Shown here: positions 27,508 through 42,558 of the stretch, piece by piece
Position numbering within the stretch: position 1 is the stretch's first letter
Layout: the number at the start of each line of letters is the position of its first letter
Origin: Octopus vulgaris
Taxonomy: Eukaryota
Length of the DNA: 64,000 nucleotides
NCBI GenBank assembly: GCA_951406725.2
Contig: OX597817.1
Span: 60,884,001 to 60,948,000 of the forward strand
Direction: 5' to 3'
Made by a program: the position numbers and the translations under genes
Notes under the pieces: model-generated
Database searches by the model: none
The model's input: only the letters and a program-made list of their open reading frames with translations
What the model was told of the DNA's origin: nothing

Positions 27508-27604
27508 TAATGTACACGTGTTTCAGGAAGCCGACATGCGCTAATTACGTAAACCCGAAAGTTCTGTTACGTAACACTCGCTTTGACACACTTCTTCAGC
27601 ATTA
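27508..27604 (-). ncRNA. minimal type I hammerhead ribozyme motif with long stem II (Penelope-like)
   Basis: The - strand reads TAATG CTGAAGA AG...CT GAAA CACGTG TA CATTA: 5-bp stem I, intact core, palindromic stem III ACACGTGT, GTA triplet. Confidence 0.7.
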
Positions 27605-27836
27605 TTGGTAAAAATATAACACAATGAAAGTTACAGGCTTTTATATACATCAGTATGCTAAGAAGTGCAGTTATGTCCTATGTTCTAGAATAGAATAGAG
27701 AAAGAACGGCAAACCTTTTTCACTATATACTGTACATACATGGTTATATTTCGAATGTGGGCTTTCTGAGAAGATAAAGAAATATTTGACTATTATTTCT
27801 AGCAAGACAATCAACGACTGAGTTACTTGTGTATAT

Positions 27837-27879
<43 letters not shown>

Positions 27880-28228
27880 ATATTATGGTCGTTGGACGAA
27901 CTTTGTTGAGGCGATGTGACACTGTTTGCTTTATTATATTTCTTGTGAGATGATACTCTGACATTTAAACTCGTGTCAATGAATCTTATATCGTTTGTAG
28001 GTCGTTCTCTTTTTTTTCTTTTCTGACACTTTTTTCTTTTACATTAAATCTTTGAAGCATTATGTGAAGTGTCATTTCTTTCAACGCATTTATGCTAACA
28101 TGCGCACATACACACCTACACACATGCACACATATCTCACATATCTACATACGTAAGAGTGTGCGTGTGTATATCAATATATATATATTTCTCTCTCCCA
28201 TACTCTGTGTATGTATTTATATATATAT

Positions 28229-28303
<75 letters not shown>

Positions 28304-28374
28304 GATAAGCATATGTGAGGATGTGCTTGTTCGTGGGTACAGAGGCAGAGAGTAAATAATAATAGTAGTAGGGA

Positions 28375-28530
28375 CAAAATGCTTAGCAGGCTGTCTCCAA
28401 CTCTGCGAAGTCAACTTTACCTTTCATGCTTTCAGAGTCGATATATAAGTACCAGTTGTACACTGGGTTTTTTGTTATCGATTCCCCCACTCCTCAAATT
28501 GGCTACCCTTGAGTCATAATAAGGGAATAG
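28375..28530 (+). mobile_element. SINE family B diverged fragment
   Basis: aaatgcttagc...gtcaactttacctttcatgctttcagagtcg...aagtaccagtt. Confidence 0.6.
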
Positions 28531-29501
28531 TATTTGTATTAGATATTTTAGACAAGATGGTCCCCGTACAATCCGTCCACTACATAAATCATGTTCGTGT
28601 CGTGTATCACAACAACACGACAGAACTATTTCACCTCAACTGACCCTGCTCTCTTCAACATCGTGCCAGCCTACATAAAGGAGGAAAGTGATTTCATGGC
28701 ATTCCAATAGGTCCCTAGATGATTACCTCCAACAAATACCAGACAAACCACCCACACTCGGATATGTCTCTGAAAACAATAACTCTCTGCTCGAATGCGC
28801 TATGATGCCCAAGAGCTGACTATATCTCTTTCATGTGGTGCTATTAAATTTGACATGGCCTGGGCCAACTTCGGCCGAGGTGCTATTGAGTTTGATATAG
28901 CCTAGGCTTATAATGGCCGAAATCTATAGAAGTTATCAAAGTAATTTAAGTAAAGCATTAATTTGAATGTTCAAAGTAAAGAGAACTAGCAAGGTTTCAA
29001 ATCCCTAGGAAAGGAAGAAATAGAATGATAGCTAGATAGATAGCTAGAGAGATAGATAGATAGACAGACAGACAGATAAATAGATAGAAAGTTAGATAAA
29101 GAGAGGAAGAGTGAGAGCGAAAGAGAGAGGGAGAAAGAGAAGGTGTGGCAATGGTTTCGATCTATTTTTTGTTACATGAGTAACGATGGGTGGATGATGG
29201 TACTCGTGTCCCATTCGAACGACCATCCTCAACACCCACACGAAATTACGCAGCGTTTTAAACTTCACTCTCTCTCCTCTATTCGCAATTTGTTTTTGTT
29301 TAATTTTCTTTCTTTTTATTTATGATTTTCGTGTCTCTTCTTTTGTATACGGCATATTCCAAACACGTGACCTGGCACCCCTTGGCGATTGGAGTGTTGG
29401 CGGTACTTTTAGCTCGCTCTCCTACAAGTGCAGAACAGAACACATATCGACACGTTTATGCGTATGTAAGAGTGTTAGTCGTTAACACATGTATGCGCAT
29501 A

Positions 29502-29544
<43 letters not shown>

Positions 29545-29580
29545 ACTGATATATATATATATCCACATACATATATATAT

Positions 29581-29798
29581 TCTTTTGTTCTTTTACTTGT
29601 TTCAGTCATTTGACTGCAGCCATGCTGGAGCACCGCCTTTTAGTCGGAGAAATCGACCCCGAGACCCATTCTTTGTAAGCCTAGTACTTATTGTATCGGT
29701 CTCTTTTGCCGAACCGCTTGGTTACGGAGACGTAAACACACCAAGATCGGTTATCAAGCGATGGTGTGGGGACAGACACAGACACACAAATGCATACA

Positions 29799-29860
<62 letters not shown>

Positions 29861-30016
29861 CATATATACGATAGGTTTCTTTCAATTTCTGTCTACCAAA
29901 TTCACTCACAAGGCTTTAGTCGGCCGAAGACACTTGCCCAAGGTACCATGCAGTGGGACTGAACCATGAGCCATGTGGTTCGGAAGCAAGCTTCTTACCA
30001 CACAGCTAGGCCTGCG

Positions 30017-30020
<4 letters not shown>
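29581..30020 (-). mobile_element. SINE family A, full length
   Basis: High similarity to 51206-51615. Confidence 0.9.
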
Positions 30021-30064
<44 letters not shown>

Positions 30065-30129
30065 GGTCCCGGGTTGATTATAATATAATATACTCAATGT
30101 ATGTATGTAAAATTATCTATATATGTATG

Positions 30130-30187
<58 letters not shown>

Positions 30188-30911
30188 AATATATGAAAGA
30201 ATATATTTATATATACATACACACACACATACATTTGTATATCTATCTGCCAGCCTGTCTGCCTGTCTGCCTACTTGTGTGTGTACTTGTTGCGTGTGTG
30301 TGTGTGTAAACTCGTATTTCATACCTATAATTTTTCCATGCAACTATCTTCATATTCAAGCGACGACAGACGAGTCATGAGCGTGTGTGTATATGAATGT
30401 AGTTGTTTGTGCGTGTGTGTGTGTACGTGCGTATATGTATGTGTGAACATAGAAATACAAAAATGACTATCTCTAAATATAACGGTAAGGTAGGAGGAGG
30501 AAGAGAATTAGGAGGGAAAGGGGAGGGAATGAGAGGAGGCATAAGACAGCAGAGAAGGCATCGTTTCAACAAATATTTGATACCCTCTTCTGGAATATCT
30601 GTGTCAGTTTAATAAGTTGCATTCTGATGTTATCTTCTAGCATGGCGATATCCAATATCATGAATTACTCTCTCTCACTCTCTCTCTCTGTCCCTCACAC
30701 ATATTCTCGCTCTCTCTCTCTCTCTCTTTCCTTCTCATCTCAGACAGTTGTTAAACTGGTGGATGTTCTTCAACGTTGCTGCTGTGCCGTTCCATCTGTC
30801 GACAAACCAAGTGTGACCGCCCTACAATAATAAGTAAATAAATGTATGTGCGTCTGCATATATATATATATATATATATATATTCGAAGAATATAACACA
30901 TACACACACAC

Positions 30912-30981
<70 letters not shown>

Positions 30982-31239
30982 CTATATATATGAGAGTATG
31001 CATGAATAATATATATATATATACATATATATGTGCATATACATATATTTTTACATGCATATATGTATATATGAATGTATGTACGTATGTATATATGAAT
31101 GTATGTATGTATATATGTATGTACGTATGTATATATATATATATATATATACACGCGCGCACAAACTCACGAATGTTAGTGTGTATAAATGCAATTTGAA
31201 TCCGAATCTGTTTTCAAAAACCACACACTCAATGATACT

Positions 31240-31285
<46 letters not shown>

Positions 31286-31294
31286 TTATGAATA

Positions 31295-31341
<47 letters not shown>

Positions 31342-32928
31342 GTATGTGAATGTTTGTGGCTATAGATATATATATGTGCGTGTCATACACGCAACACACA
31401 CACACACATAGTTACGCATACATAGAAACACTCACGTGCGCGTATGCATTGGTAACGGTACAGATATAGCTGTGTGGCTAAGAAGTTTGTTCCACAGTCA
31501 CGCAGATCCGAGTTCAATACCAGCCTCACTTTCACAAATGCCTTCAGTGAAGTTTAATAGACAGAGACTGGCTGCAGCCCATCTTATAGACCGTCAGCCA
31601 TATTGCTTTGCAGTAACCTTTTCCGCGTTCTGACAAAGTCAACTTTGTCTTTCCAATAAATGAAGTACAAGCACTGTACTGGCATCGACTTCTCTCTTTC
31701 TATAATTCTTCAATGTGTTACATTGTGTCCTTCCGATGTAATTGACTGTGGTTAGACCTTGCAATGGATCGATTCTGCCGAGTTTAAGATGCCCAAGACA
31801 CACCGGACGTCACAGCAGCGTTTCAACGACTCCTTCAAAGAATTAAGGGCGCTGTTTTGCTCATTCGTCAACCGCCGGGTCACGCTTTATTCTTTTATAA
31901 CTGTTTCTTTATTGCCCACAAGGGGCTAACACTGCCATGTTCATCGTTCCGATAAACTTTCTGCTCTTGTACCCTCGTTAAAACCTTTAAACGTGCCACC
32001 CGCTTCTTTTCCCTGGTGCGCATCGTTTGTCTGTGGAGCTTCCCGTTAATCATAAGGGTTTTTATTCGAGTAGATTCTTTCTGGAACCACCACTTTCGTC
32101 TTGTTTTCTTCTGGTCTGTAAGCTTCAGTCCCTCAAACCCTTTGCCAATCGGCATCTTTTGAATTCGAGACACCTTCTTTTCCTTCTTTGTAGTCTCTTA
32201 CGCTTCAGTGGCTTCAAGCCTTGTTTGGGACAAAGTCGTGAAAAAAACCCCCCAAAAAGCAGAAAGAGTAAAAGACTTTCCTGTTCCTTTCTAACTTTTC
32301 TTTGCTTGACTTCTCTCTGTTCCTTTCGCCCTTTCGCCCTCTTCACCCCAACACCAACAAAACTTTTGTGTCCCTGAGTTTGAATGGAGTTTAAGGAAAG
32401 ACAGGGAAATTCTTTAAAAATGCCACGCGAAGTATCTGACTCCTTTACACAGACAGACATCTGCTATGATGAAATTTTCCTCTCGTCGAATATCATTCTC
32501 ACTATCCTCACCATTCACCACTTCAGTTCTCATCGCTCTCCCCCACCTCTCACTCTCATACGTATTCTCTTTCTTTAATTAATAGAGTTTCTAGAGACTC
32601 GAAGTGGTTCCATGGTCTGCAAGGGGTTAGGGTCAAGTCAGATCCCAAAACAGATTAACAAGGAAATATTTTTAAAAATCAGAACGAAAGAAATTCGAAG
32701 TTTTCCTGCAAAGAATACTTCGTTTTATCAGGCCAGAAATCTAACACACACATATACACATGTATACACAGATACACACATATACACATGTATACACAGA
32801 TACACACACACACACACACACACTTGCGCATATAAGTCGATGTAGGGTCGTTTTATGTAATCCTCAAGATTTTTATCCGCAAAACGCTTAAAACAACAAA
32901 AAATTATTTAAATATGTGTATATATGTT

Positions 32929-32970
<42 letters not shown>

Positions 32971-33315
32971 GCTCAAGTGTATCAGGTTTCCATAAACCTG
33001 AATATTCAATTTCTTCTATACATCCTCCTTCCACTATTACGACCATCATTACCACCACCACCACAACCACCACCACCACCACCACACCACCACCACCACC
33101 ACCACTACCACCACCACCACCAACAACAACAACACCATTACGATGTCGCTTCTTGCTTCTCCTGTAGATATACCAAATGTATGGTGATATGATTTTCAGG
33201 TAATATAAACTGTAGCTACCATCACAAATACAACCGTTCTGTTCTCAGTAACTATATACGAAGGATGTGTAAAGTACCCCTATGTCTGTTCCCGTCCGGT
33301 ATGTTTCCCTTTTAA

Positions 33316-33350
<35 letters not shown>

Positions 33351-33430
33351 CATACAGACACAAGCAATACCTTACAATTATAGCTTTCTCATGTTAGAAA
33401 CCACGCATTTACACGCACACACACACGCGC

Positions 33431-33485
<55 letters not shown>

Positions 33486-34372
33486 GATGAAAGTAGAGTC
33501 TAGGAGACAGCACTATAAATATATTACACAAATCGCTGACAGACAAAAAGAAAAGAAATGATTGCAGTTGGAAGTCATCATCTCGTATCTGAACGACCTA
33601 AAATGATGTAACTAGAAATGTATCTTATGATGGACTACAAGTATATATTGTAAAGGATAAAGAAAAATAATACAAATAACTACAAATAAACAAGCAAAAT
33701 CTCAAAGAGATTATATTCTGTCTTTAAAGAAGCCAGTAAATTCGAAAAAGAGGCTGCTGAAATGGCTAATTGTAGCAAAGTGAAGAACGGATAAATTTAG
33801 GTGCAAAGCCTTTGAACGTAGGTCTATTCAGTCAAGGCAGAGTTGGGGCTAAAAACTACAACATGGATTTATTATATCGGCTATTGACTACAAGAATACG
33901 TAAAACTTAGGTGACTGCATTGTAAAGAAACGTAACTCTACGCCGTGCAGTAGCTCAAGCCGGATATTCTACATTTTATGATACATATCTACAAATGCAG
34001 TCTTATCATCTGCAGATTGATTTTGCGATAAAGTCTGCATTAATGACGCAGCAAACTTCATAATCCAAATACAAATAGTGAAGCATCTTGTCGTTTGTAA
34101 GTCTTTTGCTTTGTTCCTGATAAGTTGTCTATCACTATGTTTAGATTTCGTGTATACAAAAGTATGTGAGTAGCTAACAGTGTTTATGTGTTCGTGTGTG
34201 TCTGTAATCATGTTTTGTAAGTTTGTGTGAAAGTATGCTTGTGTTGGTATGTCTGTATGTAGGGGTATTTGTGGACACCACATGCTCAATAAGTAACGCA
34301 GCATATACCCAAATTGTCTCACATATGAGACACCTGGTGTCTGAGTTTGCGAGTGTAGGTAAGTGTGCGTAT

Positions 34373-34470
<98 letters not shown>

Positions 34471-34873
34471 GTATATATATATGAATATATGTATGTGTAT
34501 AGGTTTATATAAAAATTACACTCACACACATACACACAAAACCACGAACATACACACACACATTATCGTTTACTGATTTCAGTCATTCAAGTGCGATTTC
34601 GCTGGGGCCCATCTTCAGAGCTTTTGTTATCTCTATCGTCCGAGTATTTATAATTTCAAGTCTGGATCCTATTTCATCGCATCTTTTTATCAAATCACTC
34701 CTTTATTGGCATACCTATGTGTGTATGTGTGTGCATGTCTGTGCGTGCGTAATGTGTTCATGACATGCAGCCAACAGACACATAGATACACACATCATCA
34801 CGTTGTGCTTTTAAGTTAACGTGATTCTCACACTTTCCCTCCTTTCCTTCCTTTCTCTCCTTCGTATCTTCTA

Positions 34874-34909
<36 letters not shown>

Positions 34910-35583
34910 TTTTCTTTTCTTCATATTTCACTCTTTCGGTGTTCTTTGTTCCTTTTCTCGTTCATCTCCTTCCCTATTTTTTCTTACTCTCTCTCTCCAT
35001 ATCTCTCTCTCTCTCTCTCTCTCTCTCTCACGCTCTCTCTTTCTACCGATTTCTTTGCCACTTGTAATTACCTTACCTGTAATTATAAATTAGTTAATTT
35101 TTCTTCACCTCACTACTCACTCGCTTGATTGTTTAAAGGAGATTTTAATAAAACAAAAAATATTTTCATTTAATTGAAAACCCTGTTGCTGCTGCTGCTG
35201 CCACAGCTGCTGCTGTTGTTCATGATGACGGTGGTGGTAGTGGTGTTGGTGGTGGTTCCAATGACACAATGTTGCTCTTATTCTTGTTGTTACTCTCTTT
35301 GTTACAGTTAGTAATAGAATTCTTGCTCGTGTTGTTTTCAGCGTTCTTGTTTCTTGCTAAACAAACCTTGTTATTTTTGTTGCTGTTCTTGCAAGCGTTA
35401 CTTTCACTGTTTGTTTGTAGGCCTTCGTTTTTGTTGTTGTTGGTGCGGATGACCAAGGTGTTAGCGTCGGTGCTGGTGCACTAAGATTTCATATTATAAG
35501 CAGGTGGTTTAGTAAATATGGATTAATGAACAACGGCCCACCTTACATACGCCATCACCCCCACCCCACCCCCACCACCACCT

Positions 35584-35626
<43 letters not shown>

Positions 35627-35688
35627 TTTATATATATATATATATATACACACACATTTATATGTATATACATACATATATATATACA

Positions 35689-36297
35689 TTAGAGGTAAAG
35701 GACAACCAAGAACAAGACAGGACGATTATCTCAAGTCATTTATAATAATTTGATTAGGGTGAGATGAATTTGAAGTCTTACACCTGTTTCCTTACACCTG
35801 TGTCCTTACACTGGATATTTCGTCATCAGAGAGAAGGTGAGTTTGTATGAAAGCTGAAGACGAAAATTCAGATTATAATGAACAAAATGGAAGAATAAAG
35901 ATAAAAAGCAGATAGAAGAATACGAGCAGAATTGTTATTATGCCGGACAAAATGCTTAGTTGCATTTTGTGCATTTATACATTCACAGTTCATCATTTTC
36001 CTTCCGTGAGGCTGTGAAGGTACGGAGCCTTTATTCTCCTGTTTGTGTTCTTCTATCTACTTTTAATCTTTAATCTATTTTATTCTTTATAATCTGTAGA
36101 TTTCCCTGTCTAGAACTTCCATACATAATCACATTCTGTCTGATGACGTAATACCCAGTGTATGGACATGCTAGCCAATCACTTGGGATACCCCAGAAAC
36201 AACTTTAAGACTTCAAATTCACCTTACCCTAATTAGATTATTATAAATGACTTGAGATACTCGTCCTGCCTTGCCTTTTGTTGTCCTTTTCCTTTAA
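35689..36297. mobile_element. two diverged Penelope-like terminal fragments in inverted orientation, each with a decayed hammerhead motif
   Basis: Arms at about 35689-35930 (-) and 36035-36297 (+) align. CTGATGA...GAAACAGGTGTAAGA at 35776-35832 (-) and CTGATGA...GAAACAACTTTAAGA at 36140-36210 (+). Confidence 0.7.
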
Positions 36298-36359
36298 CAC
36301 AGACACACACACACTGAGTGGTTACTTGATATCTACCAGGATGTTTTAATCCCATTTTT

Positions 36360-36563
<204 letters not shown>

Positions 36564-37017
36564 GAGTGTGTGTGTGTGTATGTACACGAATGTATGTATG
36601 CATTGTATTGAAACTATGAATACCACACTGCTCTTAAGACGAACAATATCTGAAAAGCCAAAAGGCCACGGATGTCTCTGACATTCCTCTTTCAATGCAA
36701 CTTATAACTTGTAACAAATTTATTGAAAACTAAAGAGAAACGAAAGTCATTTTGTATAGGAGTGCTTACAATACGTACAAGAAGACATGTTGAAGATGAT
36801 GATGAAGGGGAGAAAAGTAGGAGGAGGTGGAGACCGACTGTCAGGCATGAAGTGACACTCCACAAGATCTATGCAATAAACATAATGCGCTCTATTTAAT
36901 TTCAACTAAAACTGGTTTTCTAAATCTTACTGAAATTCCTCTGTGTGTTTTTCTGTGTGTGTAATATAGTATGTTGAATTCCATTGTGGTGTGACTTATT
37001 GTCCATACATATATTTA

Positions 37018-37054
<37 letters not shown>

Positions 37055-37981
37055 CTTATAGGTGTCTAGTACTGGATAGCACAGGGTAAATCTGATGGTA
37101 GACGAGCTTTATACTGTACTCTACTACGTTTTTAACAGAATACACCATATATATATATATATACTGTATATGTTTGTATATATAAATATATTGGTGTTTT
37201 TGTACGCACTCACATACACACGCACACACATATATACATATATGATATACTATATGCATATCGTATAAGTGCACGTCTGTGTATGCGTCTGAGAGCATGT
37301 AGTGCAGAATACCATTGAGATAAAACATTGTTATTAAATTAGCAGTTTATCAATGAAACTGACTGCCAAGGATGCGTGATCGTATGCAAATCGGTCTTTT
37401 CGAAGCAGCAGCCTTAATGACATCGTGTTTGGTAGAAGTGTCTCTGTAGACAATTTCAGAATGTAGTTAGTCATTGAGGTTAGTCCGGCAGAATAATGTT
37501 TTTCTTTCCAAGAAAGTATTTTCTATTGAGAATATCTGTCTGTTAAATACACTGTTGTCTACAATATATAGTTATACTCTTTTTGTATAGAATAGCGGGC
37601 GTATGCGTGCGCATGTGGTTTCATGTATATGTGTGTGTGTGTATGGAATTGACCGGGAGCCAAGCAACAGTAACACCGACGGCAACAAAAACAGCAGCAA
37701 CATCAGCAACACGTTTCGTTTTACTAAGTTGGATATTGAGATATAATTAAAAGCCGTCCTGCGGGGATAGAGTTGCAAAAAATTAGTAAAATATTAATAA
37801 CTAATTAATTAACTTGTATGTAGTAAGGAGATAGGGTGTGGCGAAAAGAGGAGAAGAGACAGAGTGGGAGAGAAGGTGGTGGGTAAGGAAAACAGGAATG
37901 CTACGGGCACACACACACGCACACACATACATACATGCACAGAAAAAGCAACTTTTAGAGAGAGAGAGTGATACATATATT

Positions 37982-38028
<47 letters not shown>

Positions 38029-38218
38029 ACACATATACATAGAGACATAACAAATACACGCATACATTAGTGCTTTGCTCTGATCTAAATTTAAAACCAA
38101 TTTCATTTTAAATTGAATGTAAATGTACTTCCTCAACATGCCCTTTATGAACGTAGGTATATACCTATGTATAGTTAAACATAAACACATACAAATATAT
38201 AAGCATGCATACACACAT

Positions 38219-38267
<49 letters not shown>

Positions 38268-38272
<5 letters not shown>

Positions 38273-38475
38273 TAAAGCAGCAGAAAGCCTATATACTCTG
38301 AGTTTACTTGCCGTTCGTCGGACAGTTTTTCTAGCAAAAACTGTCCGACGAACGTTCGTCGGACAAGTGAAAACTCAGAGTAACAGGTTTTGTTGAATTT
38401 TCTGATGCTTTAAATAAAGCATATTACTCTACCACTGGTATTTGAGTACTCTTTTTTCCACCTTGTTTCACATTT
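38268..38475. mobile_element. Penelope-like fold-back fragment with head-to-head CCGACGA-type hammerhead motifs
   Basis: Imperfect palindrome centred at about 38333, an internal perfect 24-bp palindrome tgtccgacgaacgttcgtcggaca (38342-38365), and (TA)n on both sides. Confidence 0.7.
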
Positions 38476-38488
38476 ATCTGTTTACTCC

Positions 38489-38554
<66 letters not shown>

Positions 38555-38665
38555 CATACATACATACATACAAACATACATACATACATACATACATACA
38601 TACATACATACATACATACATACATACATACATACATACATGCATACAGATATGGAAATATAAGT

Positions 38666-39579
38666 GTAGCTGGGGAGGGTGCACTGAAAGTGTAGCTGCT
38701 AGAATAAGAATAGCTTGGGCAAAGTTCAGAGAGCTCTTACCTCTGCTGGTGACAAAGGGCCTCTCACTCAGAGTAAAAGGTAGACTGTATGATGCATGTG
38801 TACGTACAGCCATGCTACATGGCAGTGAAACATGGGCCGTGACTGCTGAGGACATGCGTAAGCTCGCAAGGAATGAAGCCAGTATGCTCCGATGGATGTG
38901 TAATGTCAGTGTGCATACTCGACAGACTGTAAGTATCTTGAGAGAAAAGATGGACTTAAGAAGCATCAGATGTGGTGTGCAAGAGAGACGACTGCGCTGG
39001 TAGGGTCAGGTGGCGAGAATGGATGAGGATAGCTGTGTGAAAAAGTGCCACACCCTAGCAGTTGAGGGAACCTGTGGAAGAAGTAGACCCAGGGAGACCT
39101 GGGATGAAGTGGTGAAGCACGACTTTCGAACATTAGGCCTCACCGAGGCAATGACTAGTGACCGACACCTTTGGAAATATGCTGTGCTTGAGAAGACCCG
39201 GCAAGCCAAGTGAGACCATAACCTCATGGCCTATGCCATGGGTGTAACCAGCCCACTCATGCATACCTTTCCATCATTGGATACTAAACTCAGCTTGCGA
39301 AGACCTGTTGAGGCAAGTGAAATCGAAATTTAAATTCGATGACTGGCATCCGTGCTAGTGAAGAGCGTGGCCGTTGCCAGTACCGCCTGACTGGCCCTCG
39401 TGCCGGTGGCACGTAAAAACACCCACTACACTCTCGGAGTGGTTGGCGCTAGGAAGGGCATCCAGCTGTAGAAACTCTGCCAGATCAAGATTGAAGCCGG
39501 GTGCAGCCATCTGGTTCGCCAGTCCTCAGTCAAATTGTCCAACCCATGCTAGCATGGAAAGCGGACGTTAAACGATGAC

Positions 39580-39610
<31 letters not shown>

Positions 39611-39627
39611 ATGATGATGATGATGAT
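38666..39627 (+). mobile_element. 5'-truncated RTE-like LINE (RT C-terminus/thumb, 3'UTR, (GAT)n tail)
   Basis: [39 protein letters not shown]...[11 protein letters not shown]...RRLRW*GQVARM...GRSRPRETW has RTE-type motifs and one in-frame stop. Ends ggacgttaaacgatgacgatgatg. Confidence 0.9.
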
Positions 39628-39942
39628 TTACTCTCAAATGCATAATAATGCTGAATATCATAGAACATCCTTATATTGCAGAAAAATTTGTTAGCAGTCA
39701 TCCATGAGATTCTCACTTGTGACTACCGTTCACAGTGCTTTACCTTTAAGCTAAACTGCCTCCTAACAAATTCTTCTGCAATTTTATATTATAGTTGAAC
39801 TTATAAATATTGCTTTTGTAGATGCTATATGTGAAATTACGATGTATGTAAGCAAAGTTTGCTTTTTTTAGAAGCTTTGAGATGTATTGAAATATACAAA
39901 TATGGAAATATTTTACTTTCAAACGCAGAATAATAATACTGA

Positions 39943-40285
39943 AGGTGTATGGCTCAGGGGTAAGAGCGTCGGGCTCATAATCATAAGGTAATGAGTACGA
40001 TTCCAGGACCAGTCTGTACGTTGTGTTCTTGAGCAAGACACTTTATTTCACGTTGCTCCAGTTCACTCAGCTGCAGAAATGAGTTGCGACATCACTGGTG
40101 CCAAGCTGTATCGGACTTTGCCTTTCCGTTGAACAACATCGCTGGTGTGGAGAAGAGAAGGAGGCTGGTATGTATGGGCGGCTGTTGGTCTTCCATAAAC
40201 AACCTTGCCCGGACTTGTGACACGGAGGTTAACATTCTAAATGCAACCCCATGGTCATTCGTGACCGAAGGGTGGGGCCTTTACT
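39943..40285 (+). mobile_element. tRNA-derived SINE family C
   Basis: Head ggtgtatggctcagggggtaagagcgtcgggctcataatc...gagtacgattccagg (A/B boxes), then gttgtgttcttgagcaagacacttta and cactcagctg. Confidence 0.75.
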
Positions 40286-40286
40286 T

Positions 40287-40318
<32 letters not shown>

Positions 40319-40903
40319 CATACATACATACATACATACATACATGCATGCATATAGGGAGTTGGGGGCTAAGCTTGCATAAAAAGAAAAGAAAACACAC
40401 TAACCCATACAACATGAGAATTTAAAAAATCCAAAAAATATCAAACTAGATTAAGGCTGGAAGAACGATTTAATGGAAGAAGCTGCCTCAAGATGGCTTC
40501 GGAATCTGACGGCATTTTGCTCGTCTTATGTTCTGAGTAAAGATGCCACCGAGGTCAACTTTGCCTTTCATTCTATCGTAGGCAATGGAATTAGTACCAG
40601 TTGAATACTGAGGTCGATGAAATGAACTTACAATTGGTAGCCTTTTTTGAAATTAATATTTACCTTTACAACAACTAAAATAAAAATAAAAGAAAACTGT
40701 TTTCTAACATAGATACACGGTTCCATAGTTCGGGGAGTGGCCTCCATACTGCTCAGTGGTTTCTTTGTAGCTCTTTTAATCTTTTTTCTTATTTTTGACA
40801 TTCAGTTGTCACGTTTTACATATTTTAACCTTTAAATTCTATAGAATTTTTTTAATATATGTGCGAGAAAAATATCTATGGGCACGTATGTATATATACA
40901 CAC

Positions 40904-41400
<497 letters not shown>

Positions 41401-41436
41401 CATAATATTACATATCTACAAACTACGTAACTACAA

Positions 41437-41476
<40 letters not shown>

Positions 41477-42558
41477 ACCCGCGCACGCACATAACAGGCT
41501 TCGCATATATTCGACAAAGCACACACATAAAAACAAACATAAAAACATTTATAGACCAATAGAAATAACAACGCACATCTGAAGGTACGCGTATTTAAAA
41601 GCCTGTATGTTTTGGGTGTTTGAAAGCGAGGACATAAATAATGTGTTGAAATGAATGCAGCTACAATCAATAAGTACGACAAAACTGTATACATTCTATT
41701 CCTGTGTACATAACTAAATAAATATTTTATTTATCTGAGAACAATCCAACACCTGACCGCCTTCCCATTCTGAATGGACGTTCTTCACCTGACGACCGGT
41801 TAAGTCAACCAACTACGACAAGAAATGGATAAATAGATAAATACATTTTCACATCGGCGTTGTTTATAACCCTGTAGATAATACGTTCTCTTCGTAACAG
41901 TGTAGTTGTGGGTTCGAATCCACTGGAAACTAGCTTGCGCAGTAATCTACTGTAGCATGAAGTTGGTTGATAGATTTGCCAAATGGAAATTATGTCAATC
42001 TCACTCTCTCTCTCCCTCTCTCTTTCCCCTTTCTCCCTCTCTTTCATTCTCTCTCTCACGCGCGGGTATGCCACCCCTGCTTTTGTAAAAGCATTAGGAA
42101 TATGTACAAAATGTATTAATTCTTCAGTCTTAATGTGAAATTATTTTTATTATAACTCGATATAAAAATAAACACACTTACACAGGTACACACATTTCTT
42201 TGAAAAGCTAACATAACACTTCAATAAAAGGTGATCGATAAAATATGGACCAGACTGACATAGTAGGGGGGTGGTTCAACATGCCCCATTGTCGATGCAG
42301 TCACTGAAACCAAGCATAGGCGTTCTGACAGCTCTTTGCTGAAGAACCTGTCATGGCCCTTTGCGTGGTTTCGGCCCCAGTCCCAGAGCGTGATACCTTC
42401 AGCATGTGCCTTCTACTATGACCCCGAGCTGGCCACTACCTTGTGAGAGGATTTGGCAGACGGAAACTGTGTAGAAACCCGTCGTATATATGCAGCAACA
42501 GTCAAATTGAGACACGTTTCCTTCTTTTTTCCCGCCATTTTTGTTTCTTTGCTCATCT

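Noticed and set aside
39943-40012. tRNA-Met-like gene (CTCATAA loop)
   Set aside because: Stems do not close and it continues into SINE body sequence; it is a SINE head.
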